Positions 23,484 to 36,456 of a DNA stretch of 64,000 bases are shown here, piece after piece. A program made the position numbers and the translations under genes. How positions within the stretch are numbered: position 1 is the first letter of the stretch; every line of letters starts with the position of its first letter. Under the pieces are notes generated by a model. It saw nothing but the letters and a program-made list of their open reading frames with translations. It ran no database searches and was not told the DNA's origin. This DNA comes from Octopus vulgaris (lineage: Eukaryota): NCBI GenBank assembly GCA_951406725.2, contig OX597831.1, positions 13,578,001 through 13,642,000 of the forward strand, written 5' to 3'.

Positions 23484-26400
23484 AGTGGAGGAAAGATTGC
23501 TAAACATTCCAGAGAGGGGGATTTGAGAGTTGAAGGGGAGGAAAGAATGCTAAACATTCCAGGGAGGGGGATTTGATAGTTGAAGGGGAGGAAGGGGAGG
23601 ATAGAATGCTAAACATTCCAGGGAGGGAGATTTGAGAGTTGAAGGGGAGGAAAGGGAGGAAAGAATGCTAAACATTCCAGAGAGGGGGATTTGCGAGTTG
23701 AAGGGGAGGAAGGGGAGGAGAGAATGCTTAACATTCCAGAGAGGGGGATTTGAGAGTTGAAGGGAAGGAACGGGAGGAAAGAATGCTAAACATTCCAGAG
23801 AGGGGGATTTGAAAATTGAAGGGGAGAAAGGGGAGGAAAGAATGCTAAACATTCCAGAGAGGCGGATTTGAGAGTTGAATGGGAGGAAGGGGAGGAAAGA
23901 ATGCTGAACATTCCAGAGAGGGGGATTTGAGAGTTGAAGGGGAGGAAGGGGAGGAAAGAATGCTGAACATTCCAGAGAGGGGGATTTGAGAGTTGAAGGG
24001 GAGGAAAGAATGCTAAACATTCCAGAGAGGGGGATTTGAGAGTTGAAGGGGAGGAACGGGAGGAAAGAATGCTCAACATTCCAGAGAGGGGGATTTGAGA
24101 GTTGAAGGGGAGGAAGTGGAGGAAAGATTGCTAAATATTCCAGAGAAGGGGATTTGAGAGTTGAAGGGGAGGAAGGCGAGGAAAGATTGCTAAACATTCC
24201 AGAGAGGGGGACTTGAGAGTTGAAGGGGAGGAAGGGGAGGAAAGATTCCTAAACATTCCAGAGATGGGGATTTGAGAGTTGAAGGGGAGGGAGGGGAGGA
24301 AAGATTACTAAACATTCCAGAGAGGGGGAATTGAGAGTTGAAGGGGAGGAAGGGAAGGAAAAAATGCTAAACATTCCAGAGAGGGGGTTTGAGAGTTGAA
24401 GGGGAGGAAAGGGAGGAAAGAATGTTGAACATTCCAGAGAGGGGGATTTCAGAGTTGAAGGGGAGGAAGTGGAGGAAAGAATGATGAACATTCCACAGAG
24501 GGTGATTTGAGAGATGAAGGGGAGGAAGGGTAGAAAGAATGCTAAACATTCCAGAGAGGGGGATTTGAGAGGTGAAGGGGAGGAAGGGGAGGAAAAATGC
24601 TAAGCATTCCAGAGAGGGGGATTTGAGAGATGAATGGGAGGAGGGTGAGGAAAGAATGCTATACATTCCAGAGAGGGAGATTTGAGAGTTGAAGAGGAGG
24701 AAGGAGAGGAAAGAATGTTGAACATTCCAGAGAGGGGGATTTGAGAGTTGAAGGGGAGGAAAGAATGCTAAACATTCCAGAGAGGGTGATTTGAGAGATG
24801 AAGGGGAGGAAGGGGAGAGAGAATGCTAAACATTCCAGAGAGGGGGATTTGAGAGGTGAAGGGGAGGAAAGGGAGAAAGAATGCTAAACATTCCAGAGAG
24901 GCGGATTTGAGAGGTGAAGGGGAGGAAGGGGAGGAAAGAATGCTAAACATTCCAGAGAGGGGGATTTGAGAGTTGAAGGGGAGGAAGGGGAGGAAAGATT
25001 TATAAACATTCCAGAGAGGGGCAATTGAGAGTTGAAGGGGAGGAAGGAGAGGAATGATTGCTAAACATTCCAGAGAGGGGTATTTGAGGGATGAAGGGGA
25101 GGAAGGAGAGAAAGAATGCTAAACATTCCAGAGAGGGGGATTTGAAAGTTGAAGTTGAGGATGGGGAGGAAAAAATGCTAAACATTCCAGAGAGGGGGTT
25201 TGAGAGTTGAAGGGGAGGAAGGGGACAAAGAATGTTAAACATTCCAGGGAGGGGGAATTGAGAGTTGAAGGGAAGGAAGGGGAGGAAAAATGTTGAACAT
25301 TCCACATAGGGTGATTTGAGAGATGAAGTGGAGGAAGGGCAGAATGAATGCTAAACATTCCAGAGAGAGGTATTTGAGAGGTGAAGGGGAGGAAGGGGAG
25401 GAAAGAATGCTAAGCATTTCAGATAGGGGTATTTGAGAGATGAAGGGGAGGAGGGGGAGGAAAGAATGCTAAACATTCCAGAGAGGGGGATTTGAGAGTT
25501 GAAGGGGAGGAAAGAATGCTAAACATTCCAGAGAGGGGGATTTGAGAGTTGAAGGGGAGGAAGGGGAGGAAAGAATGCTAAACATTCCAGAGAGGGGGAT
25601 TTGAGAGTTGAAGGGAGGAAGGGGAGGAAAGAATGCTAAACATTCCAGAGAGGGGGATTTGAGAGTTGAAGGGGAGGAAGGGGAGGTAAGAATGCTGAAC
25701 ATTCCAGAGAGGGTGTATTTGAGAGTTGAAGGGGAGGAAGGTGAGGAAAGAAGGCTAAACATTCCAGAGAAGGGGATTTGCGGGAGGAAGGGGAGGAAGG
25801 AGAGAATGAATGCTAAATATTCCAGAGAGGGGGATTTGACAGTTGAAGGGGAGGAAGGGGAGGAAAGAATGTTGAACATTCCAGAGAGGGGGAATTGAGA
25901 GTTGAAGGGAAGGAAGGGGAGGAAAAATGTTGAACATTCCAGAGAGGGGGATTTGAGAGTTGAACGGGAGGAAGGCGAAAAAATGTTGAACATTCCAGAG
26001 AGGGGCATTTGAGAGTTGAAAGGGAGGAAGGGGAGGAAAGAATGCTAAACATTACAGAGAGGGGGATTCGAGAGATGAAGGGGAGGAGGGGAGGAAAGAA
26101 TGCTAAACATTCCAGAGAGTGGAATTTGACAGTTGAAGGGGAGGAAGGGGAGGAAAGATTGCTAAACATTCCAGAGAGGGGGATTCGAGAGTTGAAGGGG
26201 AGGAAGGGGCGGAAAGAATGCTAAACCTTTCAGAGAGGGGGATTTTGGAGTTGAAGGGGAGGAAGGTGAGGAAAAAATGCGAAACATTCCAGAGAGGTGC
26301 ATTTGACAGTTGAAGGGGAGGAAGGGGAGAAAAGAATGCTAAACATTCCAGAGAGAGGGATTTGAGAGTTGAAGGGGAGGAAAGAATGCTAAACATTCCA

Positions 26401-29400
26401 GAGAGGGGGATTTAAGAGGTGACCGGTGGAAGGAGAGGAAAGAATGCTAAACATTCCAGAGAGGGGGATTTGATAGTTGAAGGAGGGGAAGGGGAGGAAA
26501 GAATGCTGAACATTCCAGAGAGGGGATTTGAGAGGTGAAGATGAGGAAGCGGAGGAAACAATGCTAAACATTCCAGAGAGGGGGATTTGAGAGTTGAAGG
26601 GGAGGAAGGGGAGGAAAGAATGATGAAAATTCCAGAGAGGGGATTTGATGAAGGGAATTGAAGGGGAGGAAGGGGAGGAAAGAATGCTAAACATTCCAGA
26701 GAGGGGGATTTGAGAGTTGAAGGGGAGGAAGGGGGGGGGAAAGAATGCTGAACATTCCAGAGAGGGGGATTTGAGAGTTGAAGGGGAGGAAGGGGAGGAA
26801 AGAATGCTAAACATTCCAGGAGGGGGATTTGAGAGTTGAAGGGGAGGAAGGGGAGGAAAGAATGCTAAACATTCCAGAGAGGGGGATTTGAGAGTTGAAG
26901 GGGAGGAAAGAATGCTAAACATTCCAGAGAGGGGGATTTGAGAGTTGAAGGGGAGGAAAGAATGCTAAACATTCCAGAGAGGGGGATTTGATAGATGAAG
27001 GAGGAAGAAGGAAAGAATGCTGAACATTGCAGAGAGGGGATTTGAGAGTTGAAGGGGAGGAAGGGGAGGAAAAATGCTAAACATTCCAGAGAGGGGGATT
27101 TGAGTGTTGAAGGGGAGGAAGGAGGGGAAAGAATGCTGAACATTCCAGAGAGGGGGATTTGAGAGTTGAAGGGAAGGGGAGGAAAGAATGCTAAACTTTC
27201 CTGAGAGGGGGATTTGAGAGTTGAAGGGGAGGAAGGGGAGGAAAGAATGCTAAACATTCCAGAGAGGGGGATTTGAGAGTTGAAGGGAGGAAGGGGAGGA
27301 AAGAATGCTAAACATTCCAGAGAGGGGGATTTGAGAGTTGAAGGGGAGGAAGGGGAGGAAAGAATGCTGAACATTCCAGAGAGGGGGATTTGAGAGTTGA
27401 AGGGGAAGAAGGGGATGAAAGAATGCTAAACATTCCAGAGAGGGGGATTTGAGAGTTGAAGGGGAGGAAGGGGAGGAAAGAATGCTAAACATTCCAGAGA
27501 GGGGGATTTGAGAGTTGAAGGGAGGAAGGGGAGGAAAGAATGCTAAACATTCCAGAGAGGGGGATATGAGAGTTGAAGGGGAGGAAGGGGAGGAAAGAAT
27601 GCTGAACATTCCAGAGAGGGGATTTGAGAGTTGAAGGGGAAGAAGGGGATGAAAGATTGCTAAACATTGCAGAGAGGGAGATTTGAGAGTTGAAGGGCAG
27701 GAAGGGGAGGAAAGAATGCTAAACATTCCAGAGAGGGGGATTTGAGAGTTGAAGGGGAGGAAGGGGAGGAAAGAATGCTAAACTTTCCTGAGAGGGGGAT
27801 TTGAGAGTTGAAGGGGAGGAAGGGGAGGAAAGAATGCTAAACATTCCAGAGAGGGGGATTTGAGAGTTGAAGGGGAGGAAAGAATGCTAAACATTCCAGA
27901 GAGGGGGATTTGATAGATGAAGGAGGGGAATTGGAGGAAAGAATGCTGAACATTCCAGAGAGGGGGATTTGAGAGTTGAAGGGGAGGAAGGGGAGGAAAA
28001 ATGCTAAACATTCCAGAGAGGGGGATTTGAGAGTTGAAGGGGAGGAAGGGGAAACAATGCTGAACATTCCAGAGAGGGGGATTTGAGAGTTGAAGGGGGG
28101 AAGGGGAGGAAAGAATGCTAAACATTCCAGAGAGGGGGATTTGAGAGTTGAAGGGGAGGAAGGAGGGAGGAAAGAATGCTAAACATTCCAGAGAGGGGGA
28201 TTTGAGAGTTGAAGGGGAGGAAGGGGAGGAAAGAATGCTAAACATTCCAGAGAGGGGGATTTGAGAGTTGAAGGGGAGGAAGGGGAGGAAAGAATGCTGA
28301 ACATTCCAGAGAGGGGGATTTGAGAGTTGAAGGGGAGGAAGGGGAGGAAAAATGCTAAACATTCAGGAGAGGGGGATTTGAGAGTTGAAGGGGAGGAAGG
28401 AGAGGAAAGAATGCTGAACATTCCAGAGAGGGGGATTTGAGAGTTGAAGGGGGGAAGGGGAGGAAAGAATGCTAAACATTCCAGAGAGGGGGATTTGAGA
28501 GTTGAAGGGGAGGAAGGGGAGGAAAGAATGCTAAACATTCCAGAGAGGGGGATTTGATAGATGAAGGAGGGGAATTGGAGGAAAGAATGCTAAACATTCC
28601 AGAGAGGGGGATTTGATAGATGAAGGAGGGGAAGGGGAGGAAAGAATGCTGAACATTCCAGAGAGGGGGATTTCAGAGTTGAAGGGGGGAAGGGGGAGAA
28701 AGAATGCTAAACTTTCCTGAGAGGGGGATTTGAGAGTTGAAGGGGAGGAAGGGGAGGAAAGAATGCTAAACATTCCAGAGAGGGGGATTTGAGAGTTGAA
28801 GGGGAGGAAAGAATGCTAAACATTCCAGAGAGGGGGATTTGATAGATGAAGGAGGGGAATTGGAGGAAAGAATGCTGAACATTGCAGGGAGGGGGATTTG
28901 AGAGTTGAAGGGGAGGAAAGAATGCTAAACATTCCAGAGAGGGGGATTTGATAGATGAAGGAGGGGAATTGGAGGAAAGAATGCTGAACATTGCAGAGAG
29001 GGGGATTTGAGAGTTGAAGGGGAGGAAGGGGAGGAAAAATGCTAAACATTCCAGAGAGGGGGATTTGAGTGTTGAAGGGGAGGAAGGAGGGGAAAGAATG
29101 CAGAACATTCCAGAGAGGGGGATTTGAGAGTTAAAGGGGGAAGGGGAGGAAAGAATGCTAAACATTCCAGAGAGGGGGATTTGAGAGGGAGGAAGGGGAG
29201 GAAAGAATGCTAAACATTCCAGAGAGGGGGATTTGAGAGTTGAAGGGGAGGAAGGGGAGGAAAGAATGCTAAACATTCCAGAGAGGGGGATTTGAGAGTT
29301 GAAGGGGAGGAAGGGGAGGAAAGAATGCTGAACATTCCAGAGAGGGGGATTTGAGAGTTGAAGGGGAAGAAGGGGATGAAAGATTGCTAAACATTGCAGA

Positions 29401-32400
29401 GAGGGGGATTTGAGAGTTGAAGGGCAGGAAGGGGAGGAAAGAATGCTAAACATTCCAGAGAGGGGGATTTGAGAGTTGAAAGGGAGGAAGGGGAGGAAAG
29501 AATGCTAAACATTACAGAGAGGGGGATTCGAGAGTTGAAGGGGAGGAGGGGAGGAAAGAATGCTAAACATTCCAGAGAGTGGAATTTGACAGTTGAAGGG
29601 GAGGAAGGGGAGGAAATATTGCTAAACATTCCAGAGAGGGGGATTCGAGAGTTGAAGGGGAGGAAGGGGCGGAAAGAATGCTAAACCTTTCAGAGAGGGG
29701 GATTTTGGAGTTGAAGGGGAGGAAGGTGAGGAAAAAATGCTAAACATTCCAGAGAGGGGAATTTGACAGTTGAAGGGGAGGAAGGGGAGGAAAGAATGCT
29801 AAACATTCCAGAGAGAGGGATTTGAGAGTTGAAGGGGAGGAAAGAATGCTAAACATTCCAGAGAGGGGGATTTAAGAGGTGACCGGTGGAAGGAGAGGAA
29901 AGAATGCTAAACATTCCAGAGAGGGGGATTTGATAGTTGAAGGAGGGGAAGGGGAGGAAAGAATGCTGAACATTCCAGAGAGGGGGATTTGAGAGGTGAA
30001 GATGAGGAAGCGGAGGAAACAATGCTAAACATTCCAGAGAGGGGGATTTGAGAGTTGAAGGGGAGGAAGGGGAGGAAAGAATGATGAAAATTCCAGAGAG
30101 GGGGATTTGAGAATTGAAGGGGAGGAAGGGGAGGAAAGAATGCTAAACATTCCAGAGAGGGGATTTGAGAGTTGAAGGGGAGGAAGGGGGGGGAAAGAAT
30201 GCTGAACATTCCAGAGAGGGGGATTTGAGAGTTGAATGGGAGGAAGGGGAGGAAAGAATGCTAAACATTCCAGGAGGGGGATTTGAGAGTTGAAGGGGAG
30301 GAAGTGGAGGAAAGAATGCTGAACATTCCAGAGAGGGGGATTTCAGAGTTGAAGGGGAGGAAGGGGAGGAAAGGATGCTAAACATTACAGAGAGGGGGAT
30401 TTGAGAGTTGAAGGGGAGGAAAGAATGCTAAACATTCCAGAGAGGAGGATTTGAGAGTTGAAGGGGAGGAAGGGGGGAAAGAATGCTCAACATTCCAGAG
30501 ATGGGGATTTGATAGTTGAAGGGAAGGAAGGGGCGGAAAAAATGATGAACATTCCAGAGAGGGGGATTTGAGAGTTGAAGGGGAGGAAGGGGAGGAAAGA
30601 TTGCTAAACATTCCAGAGAGGGGGATTTGAGAGTTGAAGGGGAGGAAAGAATACTAAACATTCCAGAGAGGGGGATTTGATAGTTGAAGGAGGGGAAGGG
30701 GAGGAAAGAATGCTGAACATTCCAGAGAGGGGGATTTGAGAGGTGAAGGGGAGGAAGGGGAGGAAACCATGCTAAACATTCCAGAGAGGTGGATTTTAGA
30801 GTTGAAGGGGAGGAAGGGGAGGAAAGAATGCTGAACATTCCAGGGAGGGGGATTTGAGAGTTGAAGGGGAGGAAGGGGAGGAAAGAATGCTAAACATTCC
30901 AGAGAGGGGGATTTGAGAGTTGAAGGGGAGGAAAGAATGCTAAACATTCCAGAGAGGGGGATTTGATAGTTGAAGGAGGGGAAGGGGAGGAAAGAATGCT
31001 GAACATTCCAGAGAGGGGGATTTGAGAGTTGAAGGGGAGGAAGGGGAGGAAAGAATGCTAAACATTCCAGAGAGGGGGATTTGAGAGTTGAAGGGGAGGA
31101 AGGGGAGGAAAGAATGCTGAACATTCCAGAGAGGGGGATTTGAGAGTTGAAGGGGGGAAGGGGAGGAAAGAATGCTAAACATTCCAGAGAGGGAGATTTG
31201 AGAGTTGAAGGGGAGGAAAGAATGCTAAACATTCCAGAGAGGGGGATTTGATAGATGAAGGAGGAGAAGGGGCGGAAAGAATGCTGAACATTCCAGAGAG
31301 GGGGATTTGAGAGTTGAAGGGGAGGAAGGGGAGGAAAAAATGCTAAACATTCCAGGGAGGGGGATTTGAGAGTTGAAGGGGAGGAAGGGGAGGAAAAATG
31401 CTAAACATTCCAGAGAGGGGGATTTGAGAGTTGAAGGGGAGGAAGGAGAGGAAAGAATGCTGAACATTCCAGAGAGGGGGATTTGAGAGTTGAAGGGGGG
31501 AAGGCGAGGAAAGAATGCTAAACATTCCAGAGAGGGGGATTTGAGAGTTGAAGGGGAGGAAGGGGAGGAAAGAATGCTAAACATTCCAGAGAGGGGATTT
31601 GAGAGTTGAAGGGGAGGAAAGAATGCTAAACATTCCAGAGAGGGGGATTTGATTGATGAAGGAGGGGAAGGGGAGGAAAGAATGCTGAACATTCCAGAGA
31701 GGGGGATTTGAGAGTTGAAGGGGGGAAGGGGAGGAAAGAATGCTAAACATTCCTGAGAGGGGGATTTGAGAGTTGAAGGGGAGGAAGGGGAGGAAAGAAT
31801 GCTAAACATTCCAGAGAGGGGGATTTGAGAGTTGAAGGGGAGGAAAGAATGCTAAACATTCCAGAGATGGGGATTTGATAGATGAAGGAGGGGAATTGGA
31901 GGAAAGAATGCTGAACATTCCAGAGAGGGGGATTTGAGAGTTGAAGGGGAGGAAGGGGAGGAAAAATGCTAAACATTCCAGAGAGGGGGATTTGAGAGTT
32001 GAAGGGGAGGAAGGAGGGGAAAGAATGCTGAACATTCCAGAGAGGGGGATTTGAGAGTTGAAGGGGGGAAGGGGAGGAAAGAATGCTAAACATTCCAGAG
32101 AGGGGGATTTGAGAGTTGAAGGGGAGGAAGGGGAGGAAAGAATGCTAAACATTCCAGAGAGGGGGATTTGAGAGTTGAAGGGAGGAAGGGGAGGAAAGAA
32201 TGCTAAACATTCCAGAGAGGGGGATTTGAGAGTTGAAGGGGAGGAAGGGGAGGAAAGAATGCTGAACATTCCAGAGAGGGGTATTTGAGAGTTGAAGGGG
32301 AAGAAGGGGATGAAAGATTGCTAAACATTGCAGAGAGGGGGATTTGAGAGTTGAAGGGCAGGAAGGGGAGGAAAGAATGCTAAACATTCCAGAGAGGGGG

Positions 32401-33570
32401 ATTTGAGAGTTGAAGGGGAGGAAGGGGAGGAAAGAAGGCTAAACATTCCAGAGAGGGGGATTTGACAGGTGAAGTTATGAAAGGGTCCGAAAGAATGCTG
32501 CACATTCCAGAGAAGGGGATTTTAGAGTTGAAGGGTAGTAAGGGGTGGAAAAATTTTGAACATTCCAGAGAGGGGGATTTCAGAGTTGAAGGGGAGGAAG
32601 TGGAATAAAGAATGATGAACATTCCAGAGTGGGGGATTTGAGAGTTGAAGGGGAGGAAGGGAAGCAACGAATGCTTAACATTCCAGAGAGGAGGATTTGA
32701 GAGTTGATGGGGAAGAAGGGGGAAGGAATACTGAACTTTCCAGAGGCGGATTTGAGAGGTGAAGTGGAGGTAGTGTAGGATTGTTAAACATTCCAGAGAG
32801 GAAGTTTTGAGGAGGGAAGGGGTGGTAGTGTTGGAAGGAATGTTGAACATTCCAGAGAAGGGGATTTCTGATGTGACGGGGTGGAAAGGGAGGAAGGAAT
32901 GTTGAACATCCCAGAGCGGTAGATTTGAGATGGGAAGAGGAAGGAGGAATGCTGAACACTCCAAAGACGGTGATTAGGGCTCTTAAGGGAGGAATGGTAG
33001 GAAGGATTTTTGAACATTCCTGAGATAGGGATTTGAGCAGGGAAGGGGAGGAACGTGATTAATGAATGCTGAATATTCCAGAGAGGAATATTTGCGAGGG
33101 GAATGGGAGGAAGCGGAGGAATGAATGTTGAACATTCTAGAGAGGGGGATTTTAGAAGTGATGGGGAGGAAGGGGATGAAGGAATGTTGAACATTCCAGA
33201 GAGGGGAATTTCCGAGGGGAATGGGAGGAATGGGAGGAACAATGTTGAACATTCTAGAGAGGGGGATTTGAAAAGTGAAGGGGAGGAAGGAATGTTTAAT
33301 ATTCCAGAGAAGGGTATTTGAGAGGGGATGTGTAGGAAGAGGAGGAAGGAATGTTGAACATTCCAGAGAAGGTGATTTGAGGAGTGAAGGGGTGGAAGGG
33401 GAGGAAGGAATGTCGGTCATTCCAGAGAGGAGAATTTGAGCAGTGAAGGTGAGGAAGGGGCGGAAGGAATGTTGAACTTTCCCGAGAGGGGGATATGAGA
33501 GGGGGAAGTGGACGATGGGGAGGGAGGAAGGAATGTTCAACTTTCCAGAGAGGGGGATATGAGAGGTGAA
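23484..33570. repeat. Purine-rich tandem satellite of about 10.1 kb with a 59-bp monomer (50-bp variant)
   Basis: Consensus gctaaacattccagagagggggatttgagagttgaaggggaggaaggggaggaaagaat. The short variant lacks one 9-bp ggggaggaa. About 170-180 units, estimated from length rather than counted. Confidence 0.98.
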
Positions 33571-34075
33571 TTTTTCATATGAAAAATTATTTATTATTTA
33601 TTTTTTGTTAAATATTTAGGTAATTAGATATTGACAATAACTGAGATTAGATTATTGTGGTTTTCTTACCTTAAAAATTAATACTTAAAAATTAATATTT
33701 AACATTATAATCGATTGTATGACATAATAATAATCGTTAAAGTTTCTAGTTTGATAATACAGTTCTTTATAAGAAAAATTATTATTTTATTTATTTCTTG
33801 AAAAAAATAAATATTGTTTAAATATATATGATTATTTATTTAAATATTATCATTAACCTTGAAGATTGACTATAACCATAATTCGAATTATTGATTAAAA
33901 TTAAATTATTGTTATTCGAATTAGGTTATGGGCATGAAGCGATCGTAGTGGTTTACTTTTTATCTTATATAACACTTTTTAATCCTTTTTGATAGTTATA
34001 TATTTTTTTAATGAATTAATTAAATATATAATTGAAAAAAAATTTTTTTTAATAATAATAAAAATTTAAAATATA

Positions 34076-34118
<43 letters not shown>

Positions 34119-34387
34119 TTATAAGAATAAATTAATAGTTTAAAATTTTTTTAAAATTTTAACTTTAAATTTAAATAATTTAAATTTTGAATTTTATATT
34201 TTATATGTTTTTTATATTATATTAATTAATTTTATTTCTATGTTTTGGTTTGTTTTTCACTGTTTGATTTGCCTAATAGTGGTTTTATCTCTAATTTAAT
34301 ATATATATTTATACTGTAAAATTAGATTTAATCCTAAATCTAACATTTCCCTGTAAGTTTGGATTTACTCCCTAATATTGTTATTAT
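33571..34387 (+). mobile_element. Right arm plus 92-bp tail of the same Penelope-pLTR-like foldback
   Basis: 33629-34295 is inverted relative to the left arm. Hammerhead-like motif at 33855-33954 (ccTTGAAGA..stem..GAAGCgatcgTA). Tail 34296-34387 is shared with the independent copy at 55860-56166. Confidence 0.8.
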
Positions 34388-35545
34388 ATACATACACACC
34401 CACCCAGATATATATATGTATATATATATACTTCTGGAAAGAATATTCTTAAAATGAAAGTATTCACTCTGTTGCTGTTGGCGACCAAGCAGCGCTGTAT
34501 TCAGTAGAACTACTTAATTCTTTGAACATCAGTCACATGTCAGTTCACATTACCAATACGGACGCTAGTAAATCTTGACCACAGAAACCAGCCATTTCAA
34601 CAATATATGCTATAGACATTTATCTGCAAATGACACTGACAAATGCAAGTAAAATAACTGGTTTTGACGTAGGACGTGTTTTTCTAATTCTCTAATTCTC
34701 CGTATCAACCTGAAGTTATCAGATATAGATTTCTCATTTAATTTAAAACATCCTTTTTCTGTCAAACCCGCATTTGCCGCGGAATGCTATTAACCGAAAG
34801 CTCTGAGCAAATCTCATTAAAATCTGACATTAACCTCCTTACAACATTGCTCACAAATAATCATACACGTTGCTCTCTGTAGACTTTGGAGGTGATTTTC
34901 GCCTGTGTAATTAGGCTTAATTACAAGACGTTAGGAATCTTCCTATGTAGGAAATGGAGAATGTACAAAAAATGTCGCGTATTCAAAAGATGGTTTGAAT
35001 TTGCAAATTTTGCGTTAGTAGAACAGTGTGTTGTCTGGAGAAATATAATACGGTAAAATATAATTCGTTTTATTAATATTTGTTAAACGACTATTACATT
35101 TTCAGTCTGCGTTAATTTTCTTCTTTTGTTCTATCTTTAAAGTTTTCCTCTATTTCGATGAACATATTTTTTTACTGTTTTAATTAAAACAGCAATGTGT
35201 ACATGTATATAAATGCATACATACTCATAGCAGACATATGCGTGTATGTGTATAAAACAGATATATGTTATATAATATGAAAATGCAATATTTATAATTA
35301 TATATTAAAGCGTTAAGCTTGTATCGTATTTATCAAACCCTGTTGGTCTTGAAATTTTATTCTGTTTCCTTTCTCTATATATGTTTCTATGTGAGTTAGA
35401 GGAATAGAAACCGACTAAGGGATAGTAACTATCCAATATAATGCTGGTAGTGTATCCAGTTATTCATAACCAAGTGCTAGTTATTGCATGGCAATCTCGC
35501 AATTGAGTATTATATATTGGAGGGGGTAAAATTCGTTTACCCTTG

Positions 35546-35588
<43 letters not shown>

Positions 35589-35676
35589 CATATATTTATA
35601 TATACACAAATATACTTACACTATATATAAATATATATAATATACATGCATATACATACATACATGCATACATACA

Positions 35677-35745
<69 letters not shown>

Positions 35746-35751
<6 letters not shown>

Positions 35752-36068
35752 GAATGGAGTCGAACGAAGATGTTAACAAAATTCCTTTACTCTCGACATA
35801 TGTTTCGAAGACAACATGGTTTCATGGAATGAAACCATGTTGTCTTCGAAACATATGTCGAGAGTAAAGGAATTTTGTTATCATCTTCGTTTGACTCCAG
35901 TCTTTCATTTATTGATATATAACACACACATTTCTGCACATGAACCCGGAGTTTCTACCCTTGGACAGTTCGCTTCAATCGTGTTTCTGATGTGAATTTG
36001 CTACCCTGGTATCGGTTCAACGAATTTTCCATGCTGACGATAAACATAGCATAATTCATTCACCTATT
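35746..36068 (+). mobile_element. Small asymmetric foldback (Penelope-pLTR-like) holding the 3' half of a hammerhead
   Basis: 80-bp arms 35746-35825 and 35829-35908 (3 mismatches), plus a one-sided tail. GAAA-catatg-TC at 35848-35859. Related to the 53642 element. Confidence 0.75.
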
Positions 36069-36072
36069 GATA

Positions 36073-36456
36073 TCTCTCTCTATATAAACGGCAGTTTGTC
36101 TGTGCGTGTTTCTATGTGTCTGTTTGCTTGTACCCTCACCCTGACCACGGCTTTCAACCGATTCTGATGAAACTTGACACACACATAGCCCAATGTCATA
36201 ATTCAAAACTAACGCATCGAAAATTTTGAAAAGTTCCCCAAGTTCTGAAAAAAATCGATAAATTCGACATGGGGTCAAGAATAAGAAACACAAACCGCAA
36301 ACTGTCTAGGGGACGCAACTCCACCTTTTTTTACTCTCAAAAAAAATTTACCATCATTTTTATCCATTTTTTTGCTATTTTTTGACTATAACTCTCTAAA
36401 AATGCTTTATAGTTATTTCCCTTACAAACCTGAGCAACGCCGGGCGATGCTGCTAG
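36073..36456 (+). mobile_element. Non-autonomous Helitron
   Basis: A|TC 5' end, GTCT-rich subterminal tract, aaccgattctgatgaaact motif, GC-rich 3' hairpin (cctgagcaacgccggg) and CTAG|T 3' end; no TSD. Confidence 0.85.

Noticed and set aside
23484-33570. Dozens of ORFs (MFSILSSPSSPSTLKSPSLECLAFF...) and a CRISPR-like regular repeat
   Set aside because: The ORFs are translations of a 59-bp monomer (not a multiple of 3). Units are contiguous with no unique spacers and no cas genes, in a eukaryotic context.
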